Positions 52,211-60,745 of a stretch of DNA of 64,000 nucleotides are shown here, in pieces. Origin of the DNA: a virus; the IMG/VR virus record IMGVR_UViG_3300045988_095842; one strand, given 5' to 3'. How positions within the stretch are numbered: the stretch's first letter is position 1; every line of letters begins with the position of its first letter. A program made the translations under genes and the position numbers. The notes under the pieces were generated by a model, which worked only from the letters and a program-made list of their open reading frames with translations, did not search any database and was not told the origin of the DNA.

Positions 52211-53020
52211 TTAGAATGACAATACAAGTTCCTCAGAGTTAATAGGGTGATCAGGATTGAACAGATCCCTGCAGCAGTCACATCCTCCGCACCTTGAAGG
52301 AAGCTCCTCTCCGTTCTTCACGCGAACCAGATGAGGCATGTTTGCCTCCACCTTGGCAAGTGCATCATCCAGGATGTACTGCTCCACCCATGTAGGAGGA
52401 GTAACTGTCGGATGCTTTTGCTTGTCCACTGCTACAATGCAGAAGGGAAGCTTTTCTCCGGTATTCTGCCGGACGATCTCCTGATAAATTGCCCCTTGAA
52501 TGTCATAGCCCCAATACTGGATAAAATTAACCGGATACCCAAGGTCTTTAATCCAGAACGCTTTATCAATCTGCCTCGTTGTCTTCAGATCGCAGATACA
52601 CTTCCCAGGGAAATATGAATCCATTTTGATCTTCCATTTCTGACCAAAAAGCTCACCGGTCATAATGGTCTGATGATCTCCGGATAAATACTTCACAAGA
52701 AGATCACACTTCTTTATCCGCTCAATCAGTACATCTCCAACGGCATACTTTGCATATAACGTCCCGTCATTCCGGAACATTTCAGGGTGCCCGGCACGGA
52801 AAATATGGAATGCATTGATGCCTTCAAAATAGGCGTCAACATAAGAGCCTATAAGAAGAGCATCTGTCGTGTCCTCTTTCCATCGTCCGCTCAGCTTCAT
52901 CATGGCACGGAATTCACATCCAGGTCTTCCGTATGTCCCAACAAAATCCTTGTATTGAGACGCCGACCAGTATTCCATATCCGCTTCTGTAGAATAGTAG
53001 TTAGAATCATTCAATTTCAT
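52211..53020 (-). CDS. PD-(D/E)XK exonuclease (DUF3799 / exonuclease VIII-like) with a C-terminal Cys cluster
   Basis: Contains KIKMDSYFPGKCICDLKTTR and ends RCGGCDCC. It is adjacent to recT. Confidence 0.65.
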   Translation of the reverse strand: MKLNDSNYYSTEADMEYWSASQYKDFVGTYGRPGCEFRAMMKLSGRWKEDTTDALLIGSYVDAYFEGINAFHIFRAGHPEMFRNDGTLYAKYAVGDVLIERIKKCDLLVKYLSGDHQTIMTGELFGQKWKIKMDSYFPGKCICDLKTTRQIDKAFWIKDLGYPVNFIQYWGYDIQGAIYQEIVRQNTGEKLPFCIVAVDKQKHPTVTPPTWVEQYILDDALAKVEANMPHLVRVKNGEELPSRCGGCDCCRDLFNPDHPINSEELVLSF

Positions 53021-53255
53021 CAAAGACCAGCTCCGTTCCATCAGCCGTTGTATCGCTCGGCGTATTTGCTCTCATGAGATACTCTGCAAGAGAATCCTGA
53101 TTTACATAAACCTTTTTTCTCCCTGCCCGCAGAAAGGCAATTTTCTTTTCCTTCACAAGCTGTCTGATCAGATAATCAGGAATGTGAAACAACTCTGCTG
53201 TTTCCTGCACCGATCCAACATGAGGAATCCAGTTGGGATTATTTATAGCATTCAT
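53007..53255 (-). CDS. excisionase-family/MerR-like HTH DNA-binding protein
   Basis: Contains VQETAELFHIPDYLIRQLVKEKKIAFLRAGRKKVYVNQDSLAEYL. Confidence 0.55.
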   Translation of the reverse strand: MNAINNPNWIPHVGSVQETAELFHIPDYLIRQLVKEKKIAFLRAGRKKVYVNQDSLAEYLMRANTPSDTTADGTELVFDEIE

Positions 53256-53989
53256 CTCAGATCCTCCAGTTCTACCTGTTCGTAATTATCAAACGGCTGC
53301 TCCTCAGGCTCCTTCTGCTCCAGAACGTGCTGCTCTTTCTTCTCAACGGCGTTAATCGGATCAATAACCTGTCTGGATGCCTCTTCCTGCTTCGCAGTAG
53401 CCTCAATATCAGCACTTTCCTCTTCAGAGTAGGTATTCCCAAAGTCATTCGGAAAAGCCTCTCTAAGGGCCCTTGCAAGCGCCGTCTTGCGGATCATCAT
53501 CCCAGGTCTCTTCTGCCACTGAGAATTCGGATTCCCATTCTTCGAAGTCACAACCGCATCCTCATAATCGACAACCGACTCATAAGGATGCGTCCGGTCA
53601 TTTCTGTAGACCTCAGCCCATCCAGCCAAGAGCTTCTCTCCCTCGTAGACAGCAGATCCACGGCGCTTTTCTACTGCATTCGTTTCCTCGTTTCTGACAA
53701 TCACGCCGGCAGAAAATCCGTCATAAGTCTCAAATGTATCCGCTCTCTTCATAAGGGCATTGATACTCATGACCATTGCCGCAGGGAAATCACCATACTT
53801 GATGAGATAGGCATCGTTCGCAAACGGATTAAGCTTATTCGCTTTGCAAAGTCCCATGAACATCATGACTTCCTGGTCAGATACCGCCCCGTTTCCTCTG
53901 ACAAGATAGGACTTCACTGTTGCCGGCGTAAGACGCACCTCCTCAGATCCGGACATATAGCACAACTCACTTCTCTTTACTTCTGCCAT
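53252..53989 (-). CDS. recT: RecT/Bet-family single-strand annealing recombinase
   Basis: Contains CKANKLNPFANDAYLIKYG...YDGFSAGVIV...WQKRPGMMIRKTALARALREAFPNDFG. Confidence 0.8.
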   Translation of the reverse strand: MAEVKRSELCYMSGSEEVRLTPATVKSYLVRGNGAVSDQEVMMFMGLCKANKLNPFANDAYLIKYGDFPAAMVMSINALMKRADTFETYDGFSAGVIVRNEETNAVEKRRGSAVYEGEKLLAGWAEVYRNDRTHPYESVVDYEDAVVTSKNGNPNSQWQKRPGMMIRKTALARALREAFPNDFGNTYSEEESADIEATAKQEEASRQVIDPINAVEKKEQHVLEQKEPEEQPFDNYEQVELEDLR

Positions 53990-54001
53990 TTCTTTTTCCT
54001 C

Positions 54002-54187
54002 CTATATCGCTTCTTTTCCCGCCGTTTCCAAGTGATCACCCTCCATGTAGATGAACTCCTCTACATCCATCTGGGAAAGACAATCCTTGTGATACTCATT
54101 GACTCCGGAATAGATCTCATCACCAGGAAGAATTTCTTCCTCGCAATACGCACAATATCTTTTCGGCGGATCATAACGCATTTTCAT
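54002..54187 (-). CDS. small zinc-ribbon-like protein
   Basis: Contains MKMRYDPPKRYCAYCEEEI...HKDC. A GAGAGG RBS lies upstream. This call replaces the long overlapping track ORF 54002..54412. Confidence 0.5.
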   Translation of the reverse strand: MKMRYDPPKRYCAYCEEEILPGDEIYSGVNEYHKDCLSQMDVEEFIYMEGDHLETAGKEAI

Positions 54188-54197
54188 TTCGCGCCTC

Positions 54198-54434
54198 TCA
54201 AGCAAGAACAATGTTGTACTTCTGACCAAACTCAAAATCGCTGATTTTCTCATCAAACGTTTCAAGTGCTGCCTTGCGGATCTTCCGGTTTTTCCATTCC
54301 TTCGGGCTGAGGTCCATATAATCCGACACAACCCATTCGCCCAAAATGTCCTTCTCAACATGCTCAAGGATCTGCTCTCTGCGGTTATAGCGATATACCC
54401 GCGTTCCGACACGTTTCTTAAAGCTGTATCTCAT
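54198..54434 (-). CDS. small hypothetical protein
   Basis: A GGAAGGAGG RBS precedes MRYSFKKRVG. Confidence 0.5.
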   Translation of the reverse strand: MRYSFKKRVGTRVYRYNRREQILEHVEKDILGEWVVSDYMDLSPKEWKNRKIRKAALETFDEKISDFEFGQKYNIVLA

Positions 54435-54460
54435 CTTTGTCCTCCTTCCGAAACATTGTT

Positions 54461-54955
54461 TCATTTCTTTGTTTTTGCTTTTTCCGCAAAAAGTTTCATC
54501 TCACTGATTACTTCCGAAAGATGATCAAGCTGAGCCAGAATTCCATCCAGACTTTCTTCCTCATCCGGAGAAACCTTTCCGTCTTCAGAAATCTGAATGA
54601 TCTCTTTTTGCAGTTCTTCGACTCTTGCAAGACTGCTGACCAATCTGAGGGCGATTCCCTCCAACCCCTTCTGTTCTGTTGCAAGCGGAAGATTTTTTCC
54701 GATCGGGCATTCACTCTTGCAATACTGAGTCTTTAATTCGGGCGCATGATAGAAATCTGCCATCAGCACTACCTTGTCAACCGGAACAACTTTGGTATTG
54801 CCATTCTCGTAATCAGCAAGTGTATAAAGTGATACTCCTAAGATATCCGCCGCCATTTCACGGCTTGCAAAACGTTCATCACGCTTTGCCGCCTCTTTTC
54901 TAGCCCTGTAATACACATTTTCGTTCGATAACACGGTTGATTTCCCACCTTCCAT
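54461..54955 (-). CDS. XRE-family HTH protein with a coiled C-terminal domain
   Basis: Contains SREMAADILGVSLYTLADYENGNTKVVPVDKVVLMADF. Confidence 0.6.
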   Translation of the reverse strand: MEGGKSTVLSNENVYYRARKEAAKRDERFASREMAADILGVSLYTLADYENGNTKVVPVDKVVLMADFYHAPELKTQYCKSECPIGKNLPLATEQKGLEGIALRLVSSLARVEELQKEIIQISEDGKVSPDEEESLDGILAQLDHLSEVISEMKLFAEKAKTKK

Positions 54956-54971
54956 ACTGCCAATACATGAT

Positions 54972-55166
54972 TTAATACTCATTGGAGATGCCAAGATGCT
55001 CAGAAATAGCATCAATAAGCGGCCTGGAAATCCTTGTTCCGTTAATCACGGAAGAAACATTTGAACGGCTTCTCTTTACAGCTTTTGCAAGCTCTCCAAC
55101 TGAGATTTCCTGGTCAGACATTGCTCTTTTGGCTCTGTAACACCAGTCAGACGCATTTTTTACCAT
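54972..55166 (-). CDS. Cro-like XRE HTH protein
   Basis: 64 aa. It is the first gene of the minus-strand early operon, divergent from the repressor genes. Confidence 0.65.
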   Translation of the reverse strand: MVKNASDWCYRAKRAMSDQEISVGELAKAVKRSRSNVSSVINGTRISRPLIDAISEHLGISNEY

Positions 55167-55301
55167 AGTGCTCCTTTCACTGATTTTGTGTTAAAATCTG
55201 ATAACATGAATACTTAATTGTGTACATCAACTAGTACATAAATATATTACAACGCATTTGTATTTTTGTAAACCGATATGTTTTATTTTATGGAGGTTTT
55301 T
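55167..55301. promoter_or_regulatory. lysis-lysogeny switch region (divergent promoters/operators)
   Basis: A 135-bp AT-rich divergent intergenic region. It contains GTACAT direct repeats and the words TAGTAC, CGCATTTG and TGTAAACC, which are shared with the palindrome at 52151-52199. Confidence 0.5.
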
Positions 55302-55676
55302 ATGACTGTAGGGCAACGTGTTCTTTATCTTATCGAAAAGCAAGGGCGCAAACGCATTGATTTAGCCGATCATCTCGGCACTTCCAGTAGCACAATCAAT
55401 GGATGGAAAGAAGAAAACAGATCCCCATCTGCGACATATATTTTACCGATATGCGAATTTTTGGGTGTCACTCCTGAATTTCTACTGAGCGGAAAAGACG
55501 CAGTAAAATCAGATTTTCCATTATCTGCACCAGAAAAGAAATTGATCAGTAGTTACAGACAGCTTCCAACCAACTTGCAAGAAAGACTATTTGGGTATGC
55601 CAACGGCATGCTGGAAGCTTATCTTACTTCTCAAGAAGAAAAAATGAACGCATCATCAATATCCAAGATATCTTAA
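55302..55676 (+). CDS. XRE-family repressor (CI-like), paralog 1
   Basis: Contains RIDLADHLGTSSSTINGWKEENRSPS and a C-terminal YRQLPTNLQERLFGYANG. A GGAGG RBS lies upstream. Confidence 0.7.
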   Translation: MTVGQRVLYLIEKQGRKRIDLADHLGTSSSTINGWKEENRSPSATYILPICEFLGVTPEFLLSGKDAVKSDFPLSAPEKKLISSYRQLPTNLQERLFGYANGMLEAYLTSQEEKMNASSISKIS

Positions 55677-55690
55677 AGAGGAGGTAGGAA

Positions 55691-56059
55691 ATGGAATACA
55701 ACCAGAAAGAATTTATGGAGCGCCTGCATGCCCTCATGTATGCTCATGGAATGAATAACAGAACACTCGCCAGAACGCTCGGAATGGCAGAAAGCATTGT
55801 ATCCCATTGGGATGCAGGAACAGAACCCAAAATTACAACACTTGCAAAAATCTGCAAGCTGTTCCATGTCAACGCCGACTTCATGCTGTTCGGAAAAAGA
55901 AAAGAGCCGGCATCCACACTTATGATCGAAGACGTGAAGGAAAAAAATCTCGTTGAAGAATTCCGCCGGCTTACTCCAGATCAGCAGCTCATGGTTTACG
56001 GCTACACAAGTGCCTTGAATTACGGAAATCAAACTAAAAAGGCCAGAAAGGAATCATAA
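55691..56059 (+). CDS. XRE-family repressor, paralog 2
   Basis: Contains NNRTLARTLGMAESIVSHWDAGTEP and a C-terminal FRRLTPDQQLMVYGYTSAL. Confidence 0.7.
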   Translation: MEYNQKEFMERLHALMYAHGMNNRTLARTLGMAESIVSHWDAGTEPKITTLAKICKLFHVNADFMLFGKRKEPASTLMIEDVKEKNLVEEFRRLTPDQQLMVYGYTSALNYGNQTKKARKES

Positions 56060-57417
56060 TGGCTTCCGTTGTTAAAAGGGGAGAGAACTACCGAATTGAA
56101 GTCTACTGCGGAATACAGGACGGAAAGAAAATTCACAAGTACGCCACTTTCCGTCCGGACCCGGCAAAGTCAGAAAAGAAGAACCAGAAAGCTCTGGAAG
56201 AATTTATTTTCAAATTTGAGCAAAGGTGTAGAACCGGAGAAGTAGCATCCGACTCCACAACCTTTAAGGAGTATGCTCAGGAATGGATGAACAAATACCG
56301 TTCTGAACTTGAAAGCACAACGGTCTCCACATATATTGGTTGCCTGAACAAAGCCATTATCCCCTATATCGGATATATGAAGCTATCCTCCATTAAGCCG
56401 GCCACGATCCAAGACTTTGTAAACAGTCTCAGAAAGAAGACATACTCCTATAACAAGGGGCAGCGTAAGGGCCACTACTCGGAAGAATATATTCGGAATT
56501 GTAAAGCAGTCATCTCTTCCATCTTATCAACTGCACAGGAAAACGGCCTTATAACATCTAATCCATGCTCCGTCAGAATCCGAAGAAATAAGAGTCAAAA
56601 AGAAATCGAAAGACAGGCGCACAAAATCCAGTGCTTTACTCCGGAAGAAGCTGCGCTCTTTTTGGATGTCATATCAAACCCGATCCCAATCACCGTACAA
56701 GAGCATACGCAAATACGAAAAGGTAAAAAGGTAATTATCAAAGCCCACGCACAAGGAACAATGAATGTGTCTCCTCAGCTCCAGACATTCTTTTGGCTTG
56801 CAATCTACTCAGGCTGCCGGCGCGGAGAACTGATTGGCCTTACGTGGAAATATGTGAACTTTGAAAAAAACTGTATCACAATAGAAAGATCCCTTGCCTA
56901 TACATCAAAATCTGGCGCCTATGTTAAAGCTCCAAAAACCAGCGCCGGATATAGGGACATTGATATGGTGCCATCAGTAATGGCAATGCTAAAGACTCAG
57001 AAAGAATCAGCAGAAGCATGGATGCAAAACATGGGAACAGCATGGAAGGGAAAACGGAATATTGAAGACTGCCCTGTGTTCATGCAGGAAGATGGAACGC
57101 CAATGTCCTTATGTACTCCAAGAAGAACCATGCAGCGTGCAATTAACTGCTACAACGAATCCAGGAAGGAAGGTCAGCCAGAGCTCCCTTTAATCCGTCT
57201 ACACGATTTGAGACACACTACAGCATCCATCTTGATCTCCAGCAAGCTTGATCCTCCATCTGTGGCAAGCAGACTCGGCCACGCAGACCCGTCCGTGACC
57301 ATGCGAATCTACAGCCACGCTTTTAAAAACAGAGATCATCTAGCAAGCATGGCAATCCAGGAAAGTCTATCCAATGCCAGGAATGAAAATAATCAACCAT
57401 CAGATCAGGGAAAATAA
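56059..57417 (+). CDS. int: tyrosine recombinase, phage integrase
   Basis: 452 aa. Contains LHDLRHTTASILIS ... GHADPSVTMRIYSH. The N-terminus MASVVKRGENYRIEVY has an AP2/SAM-like fold pattern. Confidence 0.9.
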   Translation: MASVVKRGENYRIEVYCGIQDGKKIHKYATFRPDPAKSEKKNQKALEEFIFKFEQRCRTGEVASDSTTFKEYAQEWMNKYRSELESTTVSTYIGCLNKAIIPYIGYMKLSSIKPATIQDFVNSLRKKTYSYNKGQRKGHYSEEYIRNCKAVISSILSTAQENGLITSNPCSVRIRRNKSQKEIERQAHKIQCFTPEEAALFLDVISNPIPITVQEHTQIRKGKKVIIKAHAQGTMNVSPQLQTFFWLAIYSGCRRGELIGLTWKYVNFEKNCITIERSLAYTSKSGAYVKAPKTSAGYRDIDMVPSVMAMLKTQKESAEAWMQNMGTAWKGKRNIEDCPVFMQEDGTPMSLCTPRRTMQRAINCYNESRKEGQPELPLIRLHDLRHTTASILISSKLDPPSVASRLGHADPSVTMRIYSHAFKNRDHLASMAIQESLSNARNENNQPSDQGK

Positions 57418-57426
57418 CACTGATTT

Positions 57427-57467
57427 TGTATGCCAAAATGCCACATGGCATACAAATGACATACAAA
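57427..57467. repeat. arm-type repeat cluster, left of the att core
   Basis: TGTATGCC (inverted copy), then GGCATACAAATGACATACA. Confidence 0.5.
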
Positions 57468-57513
57468 CTCTATTTTTTCCGCACTTTTCGTGCAAATCAA
57501 AGACAAAACAAAA

Positions 57514-57546
57514 GCCGGAAAACCTTGTGTTTTCAAGGTTTCCGGC
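57514..57546 (-). terminator. hairpin abutting the tRNA-like fragment (probably the copied tRNA terminator)
   Basis: A 13-14 bp stem (GCCGGAAAACCTTG / CAAGGTTTCCGGC) followed by TTTTGTTTTG on the minus strand. Confidence 0.5.
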
Positions 57547-57549
57547 TAA

Positions 57550-57594
57550 TGGAGATGACGGGGATCGAACCCGCGACCTCCAGATTGCGAATCT
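57550..57594 (-). other. att core: 3-prime fragment of a tRNA-Ala(CGC)-like gene (anticodon loop to acceptor end), not a complete tRNA
   Basis: Minus strand: AGATTCGCAATCTGG AGGTC GCGGGTTCGATCCCCGT CATCTCCA. This shows the T-arm, a 3-prime acceptor strand with U70 and A73, and the loop TTCGCAA. The sequence 5-prime of it cannot form D or acceptor arms. Confidence 0.6.
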
Positions 57595-57698
57595 TATATA
57601 TATACATTACGCGCTTTCTCGCACGTCCAAAAAACGTTGATTTTAAAGCATTTCCTATGTTCTCTCTTTTTCTGTCTTTCTGTATCTTTCCCACAGGT

Positions 57699-57718
57699 GG
57701 CATACAAATGGCATACAT
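57699..57718. repeat. arm-type repeat cluster, right of the att core
   Basis: GGCATACAAATGGCATACA, nearly identical to the left-arm copy. Confidence 0.5.
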
Positions 57719-57791
57719 TTTATATCAAAGACATCATCCTCAGCTCACACGTTTATTATCTCCCTATAAAATACACTATCCGGAAAGACAG

Positions 57792-57821
57792 TAAAAGACC
57801 TGGACATTTCTGTCCAGGTCT
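57792..57821 (-). terminator. Rho-independent terminator ending the 64->57.8 kb early operon
   Basis: Hairpin AGACCTGGACA-GAAA-TGTCCAGGTCT followed by TTTTACTGTCTTT on the minus strand. Confidence 0.6.
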
Positions 57822-57825
57822 CTTA

Positions 57826-58368
57826 TTAGGAAGCTTTTCGTGTACTGTCGAATATACTGATACCAACCTCAGCTTCCGCAGTTTCAAGCAGCTTCACCGG
57901 ATTCCAATTAAACTCACTTTCTATCTCATCTTTATACTGCAACAACCTGGCATCCCTCTCACCGCTCCATCCGTACTTCCGGTGCAATGCCAATAAAAGT
58001 GCTGCCGCAATCTGAGGATTAAGCCATGGCTTCTGACGCTTCCTCATATAGATTATTTCTGCCGAAGTCATAGGTCTGGCTTTTGCAGGATTACCATTGA
58101 GGAAATCAAACTCATGGTAGCTTCTCTCGACTCCTCTTGCTCTAATTTCTATGCCAGTTTCATCCTCTAGCATCTTCAGCATGGAGGTGTTTGGATCCTT
58201 GGCGCATTCATTCCATGCATCCTGCGTCATTTTCAATAGATCAAGAATACGTTTTCCTCTCCATCCATAGTATCTATATAATGCAATGGCTGCCGCACTA
58301 TATACGATATTGACCTGTTTTTCCATTTCCCTTTGAAGTTCCATGCTAGCTCTTCTTACAGGATCCAT
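57826..58368 (-). CDS. hypothetical protein with an internal duplication
   Basis: Two repeats, AAAIALYRYYGWRGKRILDLL... and AAALLLALHRKYGWSGERDARLL... An AAAGGAG RBS precedes MDPVRRA at 58368. Confidence 0.6.
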   Translation of the reverse strand: MDPVRRASMELQREMEKQVNIVYSAAAIALYRYYGWRGKRILDLLKMTQDAWNECAKDPNTSMLKMLEDETGIEIRARGVERSYHEFDFLNGNPAKARPMTSAEIIYMRKRQKPWLNPQIAAALLLALHRKYGWSGERDARLLQYKDEIESEFNWNPVKLLETAEAEVGISIFDSTRKAS

Positions 58369-58381
58369 TCGCTTCTCCTTT

Positions 58382-58561
58382 TTATTTCTTATGCGCTTGT
58401 CTCTCCCGGAACTTTGCTTTGATCTTCTCCTTATGAAGCTGATAGTAATTGTCACTTCGTCCAAAGCTTCTTTTCTGATCCTGAATTCGGTCATATTCTT
58501 CAACCGGCAGAGGACAATCAAAGCAGGATACCCGGCATCTAAAACAAGGATTATCGCTCAT
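58382..58561 (-). CDS. small Cys-rich protein (59 aa, below the track cutoff)
   Basis: My own translation: MSDNPCFRCRVSCFDCPLPVEEYDRIQDQKRSF... A GGAGGAAC RBS lies upstream. Confidence 0.5.
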   Translation of the reverse strand: MSDNPCFRCRVSCFDCPLPVEEYDRIQDQKRSFGRSDNYYQLHKEKIKAKFRERQAHKK

Positions 58562-58576
58562 TTGTGTTCCTCCAGA

Positions 58577-58885
58577 TCAAAAAATATACCTCCATTCCTC
58601 CACATCATAAGGACCGATCATATAACCTTCCTTCGTAACCACAAAGTATCCAGGCCCAGCTACTTTAGAATCAACCCAATGCAGGATCGCAAAATAACAG
58701 CACTCTCCTGCAACTTTTGCAATAACAGGATTTGCATCTGGGTGAATGTCGGCACGGATCCAGCCGTTTTTCTCCTGTTCCAGGGCTTTTATGCCTTTCT
58801 GGATTGCCTCGTACAGCCGTTTATTTGTGATTGAAAATATTCTTCCTTCCTCTTTAAGGACAGAAATTGCTTCTTTCGTAGTCAT
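58577..58885 (-). CDS. hypothetical protein
   Basis: 102 aa ORF. Confidence 0.55.
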   Translation of the reverse strand: MTTKEAISVLKEEGRIFSITNKRLYEAIQKGIKALEQEKNGWIRADIHPDANPVIAKVAGECCYFAILHWVDSKVAGPGYFVVTKEGYMIGPYDVEEWRYIF

Positions 58886-58892
58886 ACACGCC

Positions 58893-58982
58893 TCACTTTG
58901 TAGCTTCGTGAATCAAAAAGCAGAAAATCACTGTCGCGCAAATAAGGCCAACAATCGTCACTACAGTATCTCCAGTGCTCAT
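58893..58982 (-). CDS. 29-aa hydrophobic peptide
   Basis: My own translation: MSTGDTVVTIVGLICATVIFCFLIHEATK. A GGGAGGTGA RBS lies upstream. Confidence 0.35.
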   Translation of the reverse strand: MSTGDTVVTIVGLICATVIFCFLIHEATK

Positions 58983-58985
58983 GAC

Positions 58986-59369
58986 TCACCTCCCAAAAAA
59001 TACATTTCTCACATCAATAACTGTCATCTTCTTATATCCCTTTATATCGGCCGGCTTCTTGCAGCATAAAAAGGTTCTGCAAATCAGTGGTCTGGCAGGG
59101 TAGATCGTACACTTCTTGTCTTTCTTCGAGTAATCCAAAAACGGGCATGTGGCATCCAACCAGGAGTCTTCAGCAAGAACGTTGTCAACGTGTTTGCATT
59201 CGTGGATATCATTATCTGCCATATACTTTCTGATTCTGCCAATCTCTGCATCCGTCATCGGCAAGAAGTTTGAACAGCAGTTTCCACAGCCGGAACAATG
59301 ACCATTTTTCGTAAAGTCATAATTTCCATGCTTTGCATCATCCATTATGTTCTGAAGCGTACTGATCAT
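58986..59369 (-). CDS. YkgJ-family CxxCxxCC cysteine-cluster protein
   Basis: Contains CSGCGNCCSNFLPMT ... CPFLD...KKCTIYPARPLICRTFLC. Confidence 0.65.
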   Translation of the reverse strand: MISTLQNIMDDAKHGNYDFTKNGHCSGCGNCCSNFLPMTDAEIGRIRKYMADNDIHECKHVDNVLAEDSWLDATCPFLDYSKKDKKCTIYPARPLICRTFLCCKKPADIKGYKKMTVIDVRNVFFGR

Positions 59370-59731
59370 CTTTTTACTTCCTCAATGCAAGACTGGATTA
59401 GCCGATTGCGATCATCAATGTACTCGTTCGCAAAAATTTTTCGGCAATTATTTCCGAACGCCTCGATCATAAACGGGAGATTGTCATTTACAGCATCAAA
59501 TACAAGTCCATGTTCCTTACACCATTCAACTGCTTCTTCGACCTGTTTATCGCTCCGCGATGTCCAGAGAATCAACTTGTCTCCACCAGCCCGCTTTCTC
59601 TTCAAATAATTGATCAGGGCCACATTTGGTGCACCGATTCCAGGCCATGCATTTTCACACAGTGTTCCATCAAAATCTACTGCGATAATGTACGGATTCT
59701 TCTTCCTTTTCTCTTCAATCATTGTTCCCAT
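59366..59731 (-). CDS. HAD-superfamily phosphatase-like protein
   Basis: DxDGT motif IIAVDFDGTLCEN, plus LILWTSR and YIDDRN. Confidence 0.6.
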   Translation of the reverse strand: MGTMIEEKRKKNPYIIAVDFDGTLCENAWPGIGAPNVALINYLKRKRAGGDKLILWTSRSDKQVEEAVEWCKEHGLVFDAVNDNLPFMIEAFGNNCRKIFANEYIDDRNRLIQSCIEEVKR

Positions 59732-59904
59732 TATTCCTTCTTTCTCCAGTTGCTACAGGCTTTCTCTCCAATGGGCTTCCATGTGGAATAATATTCGCAC
59801 TCCACATGATTTACCGGACCGTAACTCGGCTGCATTGAACAGCGAAACCTCTTGGAATAATCACCATAGAAGCAATTCCCGCATACTTTTTCCGAATCAC
59901 TCAT
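59731..59904 (-). CDS. small Cys-rich protein (57 aa)
   Basis: My own translation: MSDSEKVCGNCFYGDYSKRFRCSMQPSYGPVNHVECEYYSTWKPIGEKACSNWRKKE. Start and stop overlap both neighbouring genes. Confidence 0.45.
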   Translation of the reverse strand: MSDSEKVCGNCFYGDYSKRFRCSMQPSYGPVNHVECEYYSTWKPIGEKACSNWRKKE

Positions 59905-60265
59905 GACTTTCTTTATTCTCTTTCTTTACTCTCAAAATTGCCTCGTACATCATGGCCTTATAAACAACAAGCCCATAGACAATAGCAACGATTCCCTCCA
60001 TTTCTTCCGGTCCATATTGGAGCCATTCACGCAATAGATCGTCTAACCCCTCGTCTGGAATCCCTTCTACTTCACTTTCTAAGCCACACGTTTTACACAA
60101 CCTTCTTACGAGGTCATAAGCTGACATATCGCTGTCATAATCGCGATATCTAGCCCAATTGTCTTTTACGTAGCAATTATTCGTAAGCAACTCATTCATA
60201 TTCATTTCTTTTACATCTTTTTCAGTAAAAAGATCTTCAAAATATGTGTTCTTTTTCTCGCTCAT
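59897..60265 (-). CDS. hypothetical protein
   Basis: 122 aa ORF. Confidence 0.55.
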   Translation of the reverse strand: MSEKKNTYFEDLFTEKDVKEMNMNELLTNNCYVKDNWARYRDYDSDMSAYDLVRRLCKTCGLESEVEGIPDEGLDDLLREWLQYGPEEMEGIVAIVYGLVVYKAMMYEAILRVKKENKESHE

Positions 60266-60286
60266 AGCTTTCTCTCTTCATTTTCA

Positions 60287-60745
60287 TCAGTTGAACGGCA
60301 GCTCTTCGTCAATGCCATCAGGAATATTCATAAACCCATCTAATGCTGCGCTTGTCCCTGAACTCTGCGGTGTAGCCTGCGGTGTGGGTGTACTGTAGTT
60401 CTGGGCCGTGTCATTCGCCGCCCTGCTCTCACAGAACTCCTGCTCTTCCACCACTACGTCTGTCGTATAAACCTTGGTGCCATCCTGTTTGGTGTAGCTT
60501 CCAGTCTGGATCCGGCCGGCCACGCAGATCTTCATACCCTTATGCAAGTACTTCTCCACAAACTCTCCTGCCTTACCAAATGCAACACAGGAAATAAAAT
60601 CTGCCGTCTGCTGGTCACTGTCGCTGCGTCCGCGTCTTCTGTCCACCGCGAGTGTATATCTTGCGATTGCCATAGGCTGACCGCCCTGCGAATAGCGCAC
60701 ATCGGGATCTCGTGTCAGCCTGCCCATCAGAGTTACTTTATTCAT
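60287..60745 (-). CDS. ssb: single-stranded DNA-binding protein
   Basis: Contains MNKVTLMGRLTRDPDVRYSQGGQPMAIARYTLAVDR..., with the acidic tip DGIDEELPFN. Confidence 0.85.
   Translation of the reverse strand: MNKVTLMGRLTRDPDVRYSQGGQPMAIARYTLAVDRRRGRSDSDQQTADFISCVAFGKAGEFVEKYLHKGMKICVAGRIQTGSYTKQDGTKVYTTDVVVEEQEFCESRAANDTAQNYSTPTPQATPQSSGTSAALDGFMNIPDGIDEELPFN

Noticed and set aside
54002-54412. The 136-aa track ORF overlapping the 88-aa ORF 54198..54464.
   Set aside because: Its N-terminal two thirds are R/L/S-rich and overlap a better ORF with a GGAAGGAGG RBS (54198..54434). Only its last 61 codons (54002..54187) have their own RBS and a zinc-ribbon-like sequence.
57550-57625. A complete tRNA gene next to the integrase.
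   Set aside because: Only the anticodon-loop-to-acceptor 3-prime part is tRNA-like. The 30 nt upstream (CGTGCGAGAAAGCGCGTAATGTATATATATA) cannot form an acceptor 5-prime strand or a D-arm.
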